In this document: in pieces, positions 9,783 to 18,379 of the stretch
How the letters are laid out: every line of letters begins with the position of its first letter
Position numbering within the stretch: position 1 is the first letter of the stretch
From: a virus
Taxonomy: Duplodnaviria; Caudoviricetes
Reading direction: 5' to 3' (one strand)
IMG/VR virus record: IMGVR_UViG_3300029288_000066
Location: 164,887 to 228,886 of that record
DNA: 64,000 nt
Notes under the pieces: generated by a model
Database searches by the model: none
The model's input: the letters and a program-made list of their open reading frames with translations, nothing else
Told to the model about the DNA's origin: nothing
Translations under genes and position numbers: made by a program

Positions 9783-9857
9783 TCTAGGTGGCAAGATTCG
9801 AACTTGCGGACCGATGTTTCCAAAACACCGTAGTATAGCCATCTGCAATACACCTAG
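9783..9857 (-). tRNA. tRNA-Pro (TGG)
   Basis: GGTGT-TTTGGAA-ACATC. Confidence 0.82.
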
Positions 9858-9874
9858 TTTTTTATTTTTCACTG

Positions 9875-9960
9875 TTGCGGGTGAGGGACTCGAACCCCCG
9901 CTTTCCTTTTGGGAAAGTCCAGCTTATGAGACTGGCGAGATGCCGCTTCTCTAACCCGCA
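9875..9960 (-). tRNA. tRNA-Met (CAT) with long variable arm
   Basis: CCAGT-CTCATAA-GCTGG followed by CTTTCC-CAAAA-GGAAAG. Confidence 0.8.
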
Positions 9961-9967
9961 TTTCAGT

Positions 9968-10038
9968 GGGAATAGCAGGATTCGAACCTACAATTCACAG
10001 ATTTACAGTCTGCTAAGCAACCGCTGCTCAATACTCCC
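9968..10038 (-). tRNA. tRNA-Tyr (GTA) with short variable loop
   Basis: GCAGA-CTGTAAA-TCTGT; 5-nt variable region. Confidence 0.8.
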
Positions 10039-10154
10039 AATTTCTCCAGCTCAAGGGTCAGTCTATCCCTTTTCTTTTTAACGCTATATTAAGGAGACTT
10101 CTATGTGTTCAACAACGCTCTCATATGCAGCTAGAGGAAGATTTTCAAAATTTG

Positions 10155-10236
10155 TCGGAAGGGTAGGAGTTGAACCTACATAGCCAGAGGCGACTGTTTT
10201 ACAGACAGCTGATTTAGCCGATTTACCATCCTGCCG
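10155..10236 (-). tRNA. tRNA-Tyr (GTA), C1:G72
   Basis: GCTGT-CTGTAAA-ACAGT; variable arm present. Confidence 0.8.
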
Positions 10237-10243
10237 AATTAAA

Positions 10244-10387
10244 TCAGGGAAAGGGCGGAAGAGTTTTTTTTAAATTCCCCCTTGTTAAATTTGTTTTTCT
10301 TAATTGGCGGGGGAAGTTGGATTTGAACCAACATTGTTTGTTTTTCACACAAATGTTTACCGAAGTATCTCTTTCTATTGCCACTGA
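10244..10387 (-). ncRNA. Y-RNA-like RNA with Phe(GAA)-like anticodon arm, T arm and acceptor stem
   Basis: Same terminal stem; TTTGT-GTGAAAA-ACAAA, GTTGG-TTCAAAT-CCAAC, TTCCCCC-GCCA pairing with downstream GGGGGAA; no D arm. Confidence 0.7.
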
Positions 10388-10391
10388 TTTG

Positions 10392-10466
10392 TGGAGCTTA
10401 ACGTATTCGAAACGTTCTGCTTTTCTCATTGCAAATGAGATGACCACCCTAGCAGTCCCAAGCCCC
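10392..10466 (-). tRNA. tRNA-Ala (TGC)
   Basis: G3:U70; TCTCA-TTTGCAA-TGAGA. Confidence 0.8.
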
Positions 10467-10476
10467 ATAGTTGGGA

Positions 10477-10988
10477 TTATAATAATCCCAGGTTTTTTAA
10501 TCTTTCGATTTCAATTTCATTTCTTTTTATTTTTTTTCTTAACAGAGTGTTATCGAAATCCAGTAGAAATGATTCTGGAATTTTGATATTTTTTTCTTTG
10601 AATTGGTTCAGCACTTCATCTTTTGTAAAGCTACATTCTACAATTCCGTCTGTCCATTGGTCTAGCCACAGACCCCAACTTTTTTTCCCTATTACAACAC
10701 CCTTTAAAATATTAGGATGACAGCTTTTTAGGTTATGAATTTTGATTTCGCCATTTTCGAATTTTCTATAACAAAATTTTCCTTCATCTGAATTTAAATC
10801 GAATTCCACTTTCACATCTGAGCCGCAGAATGTAAGAATTCCGCTTCTGTATGATGTTAAAAAGAAGGTGAAGATTTCATTAAATTTTTCAGAATATCTT
10901 TGAAGTTTTCTATGAATTCTACTTCCAGATTTCTCTTTTGTTTTTTCAATTCTTTTTAATCTTTCTTGGATTAAGTCGCTTTTCGCAT
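10477..10988 (-). CDS. hypothetical protein, probably frameshifted in an A-run just after the ATG
   Basis: The frame of 10477..10815 is open upstream to ~10985, but the ATG is one base out of frame. Confidence 0.5.
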
Positions 10989-11024
10989 GGTTGTTCCCTC
11001 CATATTAATTGTTTAAAAATAAAA

Positions 11025-11091
11025 TCAGGGAAAAATTTACTGAGAGAGTTTTTTGATTGGAAGTCGAAGTATCTCTACTGATTGCCACTGA
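11025..11091 (-). ncRNA. minimal Y-RNA-like stem without tRNA domain
   Basis: TCAGTGGCAA...AGATACTTCG...AAAACTCTC...TTCCCTGA. Confidence 0.65.
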
Positions 11092-11098
11092 TTTTTTG

Positions 11099-11169
11099 AG
11101 CGAAATGTGGGAATTAAACCCCTTCTACTAGTTGGAGGCCAGCCGCTTTATCGTTAAGCTACATCTCGC
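11099..11169 (-). tRNA. atypical tRNA-Gly (TCC), 8-bp acceptor and short T stem
   Basis: GCTGG-CCTCCAA-CTAGT; A19:U56. Confidence 0.65.
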
Positions 11170-11296
11170 ATTGTAGTGGTTTTGTATTAACCTGTGACCA
11201 CCAAACACCGCCAACATACGATTTGGAATGAGTGTGCAGCGGCTCTGAACCCGCTCTACGCCTTACATCATCTTCGTTCCCTTGTACTTCGGGCTT

Positions 11297-11372
11297 TGGA
11301 GCAGAAGACGGGGCTCGAACCCGCCACCTGGAGATTGGAAATCTCCCGCTCTACCAAATGAGCTACTTCTGC
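11297..11372 (-). tRNA. tRNA-Gly (TCC)
   Basis: Canonical cloverleaf with encoded CCA. Confidence 0.92.
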
Positions 11373-11465
11373 ATTGGTGCCAGACATTTTGAACTTTTTC
11401 ATTCACGGGCACTTTCGGGAAAACCCTATACATAACGCCCTGACAGCTATCTCGCCTCCGCTTTT

Positions 11466-12326
11466 TTAATTTAATTTCTTTTCGTAATATTTAATCCATT
11501 TTCTTACTGCATTATCAGAAACTCCATATTTTCTTCCGACTGCACTATAATTAGATTTTTTTAATTCTTCAACAAGTTCTATATAAGAAGGTCTCTGTGT
11601 TTTTCTTTGCCTAATTTCATCACACGATTTACATCTTTTCATACCTTTACCTATTTCATTTCCACATGCACAATAATTTTTATTTTTTTCTTTAATTTCT
11701 TTTATTTTATCAAAATATTGCTTTCCTATATTCTTTCCTCCATTAGTATTAAATGTAGCCGCACAATTTGGACAAACTATTCTTAAATTTTCCAATCTAT
11801 TATCATTATGATGCCCATTTTTATGGTCAAGAATCAAACTAATTTTTTCCCCATTCCAAACTTCTCCTTGTCCACATTTCTCGCATATTTTTTGTTTAAG
11901 TTCTTCTTTATATAATCTTTCTTTTAAATTTGTCGTATGATTATATGTTGAATTTTCAACTAATATGTCGGACAAATCAAATTTTCCAGAAACAAATCTA
12001 TTACCTGAAATGCCAAAATTAAAATGTGAAATGTCAATGTTGTATTTCTCTATATATTTTTTAATAGTATTTCTGTTACCACAATGAGTTGTAATTCCCA
12101 ATCTCCTAGCTACATCAGTATAGCTTTTAGACTCACCCACAACTTTTTTAAATTTTATTTCATTGTATTTTTCATTCCTACATTCAAGATTAAGAGCAAA
12201 ATGTTGTGCTTTACCTCTAATAGATGTTTTTGTCCTTTTTAATTCATTTGCACAAAATTCACATCCGTAGATTGGATAATTCTTTTTCAAGAATTCCACG
12301 TCTTTTTCTGTCCATTCTTTTTTCAT
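11466..12326 (-). CDS. HNH homing endonuclease
   Basis: CEKC...LDHKNGHHNDNRLENLRIVCPNC; paralogue of 26407..27183. Confidence 0.85.
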   Translation of the reverse strand: MKKEWTEKDVEFLKKNYPIYGCEFCANELKRTKTSIRGKAQHFALNLECRNEKYNEIKFKKVVGESKSYTDVARRLGITTHCGNRNTIKKYIEKYNIDISHFNFGISGNRFVSGKFDLSDILVENSTYNHTTNLKERLYKEELKQKICEKCGQGEVWNGEKISLILDHKNGHHNDNRLENLRIVCPNCAATFNTNGGKNIGKQYFDKIKEIKEKNKNYCACGNEIGKGMKRCKSCDEIRQRKTQRPSYIELVEELKKSNYSAVGRKYGVSDNAVRKWIKYYEKKLN

Positions 12327-12407
12327 GGTTTTTGTTTTTTCTTATAAATAGTTCAAAAAAACAAAAACTATAAATTTAACTATATAATTATCAACACACA
12401 AAAAAAG

Positions 12408-12478
12408 CGGAATGCGTGGGAATCGAACCCCTCCCTCAGCGTGACAAGCTGATATACAACCATTATACTGCGCACTCC
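12408..12478 (-). tRNA. tRNA-Asp (GTC), 8-bp acceptor and short T stem
   Basis: TCAGC-TTGTCAC-GCTGA. Confidence 0.78.
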
Positions 12479-12593
12479 ATTTTGTATATCTACACTATTA
12501 AAATTACATTAATAGCGTAGATATACTTTTTGAAATCTTTTTTTATTCCCAACATGTCAAAGAACTTTCCAATAGAATAAATCTATAGAAGAG

Positions 12594-12682
12594 CGGGGAT
12601 TATGGGATTCGAACCCATGTAAAACCTTTTAAGGGTCTCAGGCGTGACAGGCCAGCATCAACTCCAGACTTGACCAAACCCC
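12594..12682 (-). tRNA. tRNA-Asp (GTC) with long variable arm
   Basis: CTGGC-CTGTCAC-GCCTG followed by AGACC-CTTAAAA-GGTTT. Confidence 0.75.
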
Positions 12683-12708
12683 CGTATTTTTATTTTAAAG
12701 AACGATAT

Positions 12709-12750
12709 AAAAAAAGAAACCCGAATCTTTTTGGGATTCGGGTCTGTTTA
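12709..12750 (-). terminator. attenuator terminator of tRNA operon A
   Basis: GACCCGAATC-loop-GATTCGGGTT plus U-tract, between the leader ORF and the first tRNA. Confidence 0.85.
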
Positions 12751-12775
12751 TTCCTTTTATAAGTTTACAACTTCA

Positions 12776-12886
12776 TTAAGGTTTAGTATTAAACATACCC
12801 GTCCCACATCCATAATCGGCATCAATCGCTGATGGATAGCCGCCCATCGGAGTTACTTCTAAACGATATGTAAAATTCTGTTTCAC
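12776..12886 (-). CDS. leader peptide, 36 aa: MKQNFTYRLEVTPMGGYPSAIDADYGCGTGMFNTKP
   Basis: GTG start. Rich in P/M/G/Y/A/D. Its 3' part is complementary to the terminator 5' arm. Confidence 0.8.
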   Translation of the reverse strand: MKQNFTYRLEVTPMGGYPSAIDADYGCGTGMFNTKP

Positions 12887-13056
12887 CTTTAATTAATTTT
12901 TATACTGTTGTTACTATTAAATATCTCAAAAAAATGTTTTTCATTTCTCTTCTACGGCAAAGGTACAAAAAAAGTTACATCAAATGCAAGTTTTTTTTCG
13001 TTTATTTTTAAAATAATTTTTAATTGATTGATTTACAATACACTTATTTTTAAAAT

Positions 13057-13512
13057 TTATTTTGCTTTATCATCTATTTTTTGAAATTTTCTTAAATCTT
13101 TTTGAAAATTTCTTGAAAAAGAGTTGTAGGTTTTAATCATTTCATCAATTTTTTCCTGAGTAATTGGGTCACCGTTTGAAGAATTTCTACCCTGTTTAAG
13201 TTTCAAACTATCTTTTACGATTCTTCTTCTTAGATAATGATATCTGACCAAATTCTTTGTATAGCTTGATATAAAAGGCCACTTCTTTATTATCTGATAT
13301 GATTTTTCTTCGTGATTTGTAAATGAATAATTATATCCATCTGTCTTCAGTGTTGCTACAAAAGGTTTTCCAATATCATGCAATAGTGCGGCCACGCATA
13401 AGTCTGGCATAGCAAAGAGAAAATACCAAAACGCTCTTAATGTATGGACAAGTACAGAGTGTTTGTGATGGGTATTTTGTCTAATGAATAATGTGATAAA
13501 AAATTTTTTCAT
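13057..13512 (-). CDS. HD-domain protein
   Basis: H...ALLHDIGKP...HEE...YH...D. Confidence 0.8.
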   Translation of the reverse strand: MKKFFITLFIRQNTHHKHSVLVHTLRAFWYFLFAMPDLCVAALLHDIGKPFVATLKTDGYNYSFTNHEEKSYQIIKKWPFISSYTKNLVRYHYLRRRIVKDSLKLKQGRNSSNGDPITQEKIDEMIKTYNSFSRNFQKDLRKFQKIDDKAK

Positions 13513-13697
13513 TAGGGCTTCTTTTCCTTCTCTTCTTTTTTAGACCATTTTATTGAATAGTCGTAATCATCATTCATCCAGATAGCATAAAACTTGTTGT
13601 CACATGAATCACATTTAAACCAATATCTTGTATCTATTGGATTCAAATCACCACCGCAGGTGTCAATTTTACCACCGCAGTCACATTTTATTTCCAT
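13512..13697 (-). CDS. small Zn-ribbon protein
   Basis: CxC...CxxC; abuts the next gene. Confidence 0.55.
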   Translation of the reverse strand: MEIKCDCGGKIDTCGGDLNPIDTRYWFKCDSCDNKFYAIWMNDDYDYSIKWSKKEEKEKKP

Positions 13698-13708
13698 GTT
13701 TATTGTAT

Positions 13709-15175
13709 TTACAAAGCTTCAACTTCAGTTAGATATTTTTCATCAAAGACAGGAGTTCCTCTATCGTCATCATCCTGTTCAAATCCAACAGGCTTTCTCT
13801 TATTCATTGATGATTGTTCAGATGCATACTTCAAAATATTTTTAATATCATCCTTCATTCTTTCTTTTACAGTTTTTATAAGGCCAACATCTATATCTTT
13901 ACCTTCACTTACGGCAAACGATGCAGATGATTGTGCCAACTCTTTTATTTCGGCACCAGACATCATGTTAATAAGCGGATACAATTCTTCTCTTATCTTT
14001 CTTCCAATTTTTGTTTTGTTGCCATTTTTATTGTTAAAAAGAATTTCATTAAAATAAATCTCAGCACACTTCATTGCATACTCTCCAGAAAGAACACCGA
14101 ATTCAAGAATTCTATCAACACGTCCTGGTCTTTTAAGGATTCTAGGTTCAATTTTATCTGGGTGATTGGTTGTCATTATTACATAAGAACCAAGCATGTT
14201 TTTTGGTTGGTCTACGCCATCTAAGAAATTCAACAAAGCAGAATTCGCTTGTTGCAGAGTAGATTCTGCATCTTCCAGAATAACCAAAGTGCTTACTTTA
14301 TGAGAAGCACATTTTGTCAAGTGCTGTGCAACATCTGATATATTTGTTGAGAACACTACACATTTATCAACTGCGAATTTTTTTGCAACTTTGATTGCTA
14401 AACTTGTTTTTCCTGTTCCTGGAGGACCCACCATTAAAGTCTTTCTTACACCCGTCATTCCAAACCTTGTAAATAAAGGAACATGTTCATAGTAATATGT
14501 AATGTCCTGCAATAAGGTCGCTGTTGATGGGTGAATTATTGGAGTTTCCTGTAAATCATCAAGTTTTTTATATGCAATGCCGCTTCCACCAGGACTAAAG
14601 ATTCTATATATTCCATTCTTGGGTTTTGAACTCTTTTTTCTTTCTTGTTTTATCATTTTAAGGAATTGCAACCACACACCTTGTTCTGCTGCGTACATCC
14701 CTTCAACAGAACGACTCTTTCCAGCGCCGCTAATCCACTTTGAATAATACATGAAGGAACCGTCTGAAAAGATTATTTTAAACAATCCTGTGGTGTCCGT
14801 CACTTGTATGCTGTATGTTTTGTGTTTTACAAGAGATACTCCAAAAGAATAGTTGGTTATCATTTCTGACTGAATTCTTTCTATCTCTTCAATATGAAAT
14901 GATTTTCTCCCATATCTTTTTGCTTCATATTTGGATTTGTTTAACATCGCAATGTCATAACTATCCGAATATTCAACAACTACAAACCCACAAAGTTCTT
15001 TTAACAATCCTGGGTTCTGTAAATTATCTTTCCATAGTTTTTCAACCTTTTCCTCAAGCTTCTGCTTCTTTTCTATGGTGAGGTTCTTTTCTTTTTTATA
15101 GAGATAGTCTCTGATTTTGTCTTTCCGATACCTGATAAGCAATTCCTTGTAAATTGATTCTCTCAATGTTCCCAT
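13709..15175 (-). CDS. AAA+ ATPase
   Basis: GPPGTGKT, ILEDAE, TTNHPDKIEPRILKRPGRVD. Confidence 0.88.
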   Translation of the reverse strand: MGTLRESIYKELLIRYRKDKIRDYLYKKEKNLTIEKKQKLEEKVEKLWKDNLQNPGLLKELCGFVVVEYSDSYDIAMLNKSKYEAKRYGRKSFHIEEIERIQSEMITNYSFGVSLVKHKTYSIQVTDTTGLFKIIFSDGSFMYYSKWISGAGKSRSVEGMYAAEQGVWLQFLKMIKQERKKSSKPKNGIYRIFSPGGSGIAYKKLDDLQETPIIHPSTATLLQDITYYYEHVPLFTRFGMTGVRKTLMVGPPGTGKTSLAIKVAKKFAVDKCVVFSTNISDVAQHLTKCASHKVSTLVILEDAESTLQQANSALLNFLDGVDQPKNMLGSYVIMTTNHPDKIEPRILKRPGRVDRILEFGVLSGEYAMKCAEIYFNEILFNNKNGNKTKIGRKIREELYPLINMMSGAEIKELAQSSASFAVSEGKDIDVGLIKTVKERMKDDIKNILKYASEQSSMNKRKPVGFEQDDDDRGTPVFDEKYLTEVEAL

Positions 15176-15213
15176 GTTTTAAAAAGTTTTTTTGGTTAGT
15201 AGTTAGTTGGTTA

Positions 15214-15507
15214 TTATCGTTTCCCTCTTTGTGCAGTAAACAATCTTGCTAGTAGAATTTCATTTTTATCATATAAGCCAGAAGGCCAATTATTGATTTT
15301 CCCGTTTACCATTATTTCGATTTTTTCATTATTAAACATAAGGTAATACCCACTGGGAATAGTATAACTATTAAAGTCACATATATTGTGTTCAGCTATT
15401 TGACACCGTAGGTCGTTACTCTCGTGTTCATTAAGAAATCCTAAAGATTTCCCTTCACTATCAAAATGTTCAACGCATAGAACATCTATTTTGTTTGGTT
15501 GTATCAT
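15214..15507 (-). CDS. hypothetical protein
   Basis: ORF in an operon-like run. Confidence 0.6.
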   Translation of the reverse strand: MIQPNKIDVLCVEHFDSEGKSLGFLNEHESNDLRCQIAEHNICDFNSYTIPSGYYLMFNNEKIEIMVNGKINNWPSGLYDKNEILLARLFTAQRGKR

Positions 15508-15992
15508 TAAATTGTATTGTGAAATTCGAAAAGAGAAATCTTATACCCGCCAATATGAGATATTCTATTGTACATTCTTCCTGAATCTTCATCCATAACG
15601 GTATAAAGCTCTGTGTTAGATGAGGAAATAAAGCACTCAACTCCCCTATCTATTGCGCTTTTTACTTTCGCACCTTCTTCATTTTCTATTAACATTATTA
15701 TTCCACAAATAGTTTTTTGGTCTCTATTCCAATAAACATCAACAATCATAAACGCAGGCTCTTTATCATCTTCGGCAACCTGTTCTCCATGTTCTGTAGG
15801 AATAACCAAAAATCCATCATTAAGCGTACCCACTGCTGCTCCTTGATCAACAAGGTCTGCTTTAAATTGTTCTATTGCTAATAATATATTTTCTTCATCA
15901 AGAAATGTATTGCCAGCTGGCCTTAATCTCTCAAGCTCCCCTTCGAGCATATATCCATCTTCTGACTTGTCAATTAATAATAATTTTGACAT
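15507..15992 (-). CDS. hypothetical acidic protein
   Basis: ORF in an operon-like run. Confidence 0.65.
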   Translation of the reverse strand: MSKLLLIDKSEDGYMLEGELERLRPAGNTFLDEENILLAIEQFKADLVDQGAAVGTLNDGFLVIPTEHGEQVAEDDKEPAFMIVDVYWNRDQKTICGIIMLIENEEGAKVKSAIDRGVECFISSSNTELYTVMDEDSGRMYNRISHIGGYKISLFEFHNTI

Positions 15993-16001
15993 ATTGTGGT
16001 T

Positions 16002-16421
16002 TTAGTTTAATATATTTCCTTTTAAACCGATAGGAAGTACGAGCTTACAACTGTCATTTTCAATAACTATTGTAACTGGCGCAATAGTTTTAGTTGCCAT
16101 ACTAAGGTTCACATAAGTCATAGTTTTCGAGCCATCTGCATTATCAGTTACACTCTTCAGTTTTAACTTTGACATATTAGTAAACTTGTTTGTGTAGTAC
16201 AACTTCAACGTTGCTTTACCATATTTTTTAACATCCGCAGAAGCAGTGAATTTTATCATCATATCATAGTTCGCTGTCTTTCTTAAAGACTGCATGAATG
16301 ACATAAAATCAGAACCATAAATAAATGCTGGATTTGAATACGGCTTTGTCTGTGCACTTGCATTGTTTCCTATCATTAAAGCAAAGATAGAAATAAAAAC
16401 AATAATAACAAAATTTTTCAT
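16002..16421 (-). CDS. secreted hypothetical protein
   Basis: Signal peptide ending ASA-Q. Confidence 0.65.
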   Translation of the reverse strand: MKNFVIIVFISIFALMIGNNASAQTKPYSNPAFIYGSDFMSFMQSLRKTANYDMMIKFTASADVKKYGKATLKLYYTNKFTNMSKLKLKSVTDNADGSKTMTYVNLSMATKTIAPVTIVIENDSCKLVLPIGLKGNILN

Positions 16422-16450
16422 AACATTTTTTTTAAAGTTTCTATTAATAG

Positions 16451-16478
16451 TATACGAAAAAAAGTCAAAAAAGTTTCA
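16451..16478 (-). promoter_or_regulatory. ECF-sigma-type promoter TGWAAC-N16-CGTATA (representative copy)
   Basis: Same motif and spacing near 17100, 18884, 32559, 36231, 41724, 50462 and 54570 (minus) and 59295 (plus). Confidence 0.75.
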
Positions 16479-17081
16479 CTTTACTGTAATATTCTTTTCC
16501 CAAAAAGCAACACTTTTTAGATATTTATCTCTATCCAATGGTACGCCAGAGCCCCCTTCTTCCATACCCAAAGCATTTCTCAGCATCGTTTCTGGCTTCA
16601 TCGGCTCTTCGTTAGGATGCGACTGTCCTAAAATAGCCACAATTCCCCAATCTGCGTCAAACCCAAAAATCCCCGTTGCATCATCTTTCCCCTTTGCTTC
16701 TTTTTCAATTTGTTCTTTGCTGTAAAGAACAAGCATAAGCCATTTGGCTTTGGGTTTTCCTAATGGCAATTCCAACCATCTTGAGAACACTGGGAGTTCG
16801 TCGTCTTTTCTTGCTGAATATCCAGTTCTAATATATGGATAATTTTCCAGTGTTATTGGAAGCGACCCAACCCTGGCATCAGTAAAATTTTTAATTGGCC
16901 AAAGCTTGCAAAATGAAGCATACCCATCTATCCATTCAAGCTTACCAAATCTTTGAATCTCGTAATCAACAATATCATCAATAACAACTTGAAATTCTTC
17001 AAGTGTACGGTCAAGAATTTTCGTTGCGCCAAACTTTGGGTCGAAATGTCTTTCTCCAAAGTCTGTTATTTTCATTTTCAT
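16476..17081 (-). CDS. DUF3228-family protein
   Basis: YSARKDDELPVFSRW...LYSKEQI...PETMLRNALGMEEGGSGVPLDR. Confidence 0.75.
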   Translation of the reverse strand: MKMKITDFGERHFDPKFGATKILDRTLEEFQVVIDDIVDYEIQRFGKLEWIDGYASFCKLWPIKNFTDARVGSLPITLENYPYIRTGYSARKDDELPVFSRWLELPLGKPKAKWLMLVLYSKEQIEKEAKGKDDATGIFGFDADWGIVAILGQSHPNEEPMKPETMLRNALGMEEGGSGVPLDRDKYLKSVAFWEKNITVK

Positions 17082-17161
17082 AGATAAATGTTTTCCCCAT
17101 ATACGAAAAAAATCAAGAAAGGTTACAAATAAAAAGCCCCACTGGTCGGCGGGGCTTTCTT

Positions 17162-17479
17162 TTAGTCTATTACGTAAACTATTTCTTTGTTTACCTCAGT
17201 TACATACTGCGGCTCTCTAAACAAATTTGGTCCTGGGTGTTGTGTCATTTCTGATACAAATATTTCCACCTTTTCTTTCATCAAATTTTCTGCGATACAA
17301 TACCAACCATCACTAATTCTCCTTGCATTCGTTAACGCAACAAGTTGATAATTATTATACCTTTCGCACTCAAAGAAAACGTCTCCTTTTCTAATGTTTT
17401 TTACTTCTAAATAAGTATCTGACCATTCTTCGTTTAGGTCAAAATTTTTTGGTCTTAAAATCTTTACTAATTGTTCCAT
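17162..17479 (-). CDS. hypothetical protein
   Basis: ORF with TATTTATA upstream. Confidence 0.6.
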   Translation of the reverse strand: MEQLVKILRPKNFDLNEEWSDTYLEVKNIRKGDVFFECERYNNYQLVALTNARRISDGWYCIAENLMKEKVEIFVSEMTQHPGPNLFREPQYVTEVNKEIVYVID

Positions 17480-17572
17480 AACTATTATATTTTTTGTTTT
17501 ATATAAATAGTCAAATAATTCAGAAAAGACGGGGTTTTCAGAAGAAAAAAGTATTAAAAAATAAAATTTTAT

Positions 17573-18379
17573 TTACTTGGTTTTCAACACTCTCACAGGT
17601 CTATCAATTGTTCTGTGAATATCCCAATACTTTGGCATGAATTTTGGTTTCATATTTTCCAAAAAATCACCTCTCCACATCTCCACAAATTTTTGTATAT
17701 CGGTTACTTTTGACATGACTTCTCTGCCATGATTACTGTGAAATTCATTATAATCCTTTTGACTTATTTTAGAGAGCTTTTCTATTTCTTCTATTGGAAC
17801 AAAATCTTCCTCATATCCTAATATTGAAGATATGTTTTCAAGAAGCTCCATTTTCCTTTCTTCTGGCATCATTGCACTATTCAGCGTGAAAGCTTTTGAT
17901 AATTTTATGGCTTTTACAAAATTTGATTGTGAGTTGCAAAGCGGAACTACATACTGTTCAGATATTTTTTCTTTTAATCTTGAAGCATATATGTTTTCGT
18001 ACTCATCGTGACATGGCCTGCAAATACAAACAACATCATGACTCGTGGCAACCTTTAACTTCTTAGGAAAATGCTTTTTGTATAATGAAGGAACAATATG
18101 GTGCTTTGTAAGCAAATCCAACTCTTCTACTCCGCAAACTACACAAATGTTTTTCTTTTGAGTTAAGGCAAATTCATCACCATGCCAACCTACGCCAGCG
18201 GGGGTAAAGTTCAATTTTATAATAGGGGGCTCTTCGGAAACAATGTCTGCTAAATCCCTAGACAAATACCAATTTGCTTTTCTAGTTGTACATCTGAACA
18301 TTTCAAACCCCTGCGGATGAAGCACCAGCCAGTTACCATAAATCACATTTACTCTCTTAGTAGTTTCTTGCATAACCAT
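17573..18379 (-). CDS. HNH-like nuclease resembling the EXD2 C-terminal region
   Basis: KANWYL...CVVCG...HHIVP...SHDVVCICRPCH. Confidence 0.7.
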   Translation of the reverse strand: MVMQETTKRVNVIYGNWLVLHPQGFEMFRCTTRKANWYLSRDLADIVSEEPPIIKLNFTPAGVGWHGDEFALTQKKNICVVCGVEELDLLTKHHIVPSLYKKHFPKKLKVATSHDVVCICRPCHDEYENIYASRLKEKISEQYVVPLCNSQSNFVKAIKLSKAFTLNSAMMPEERKMELLENISSILGYEEDFVPIEEIEKLSKISQKDYNEFHSNHGREVMSKVTDIQKFVEMWRGDFLENMKPKFMPKYWDIHRTIDRPVRVLKTK

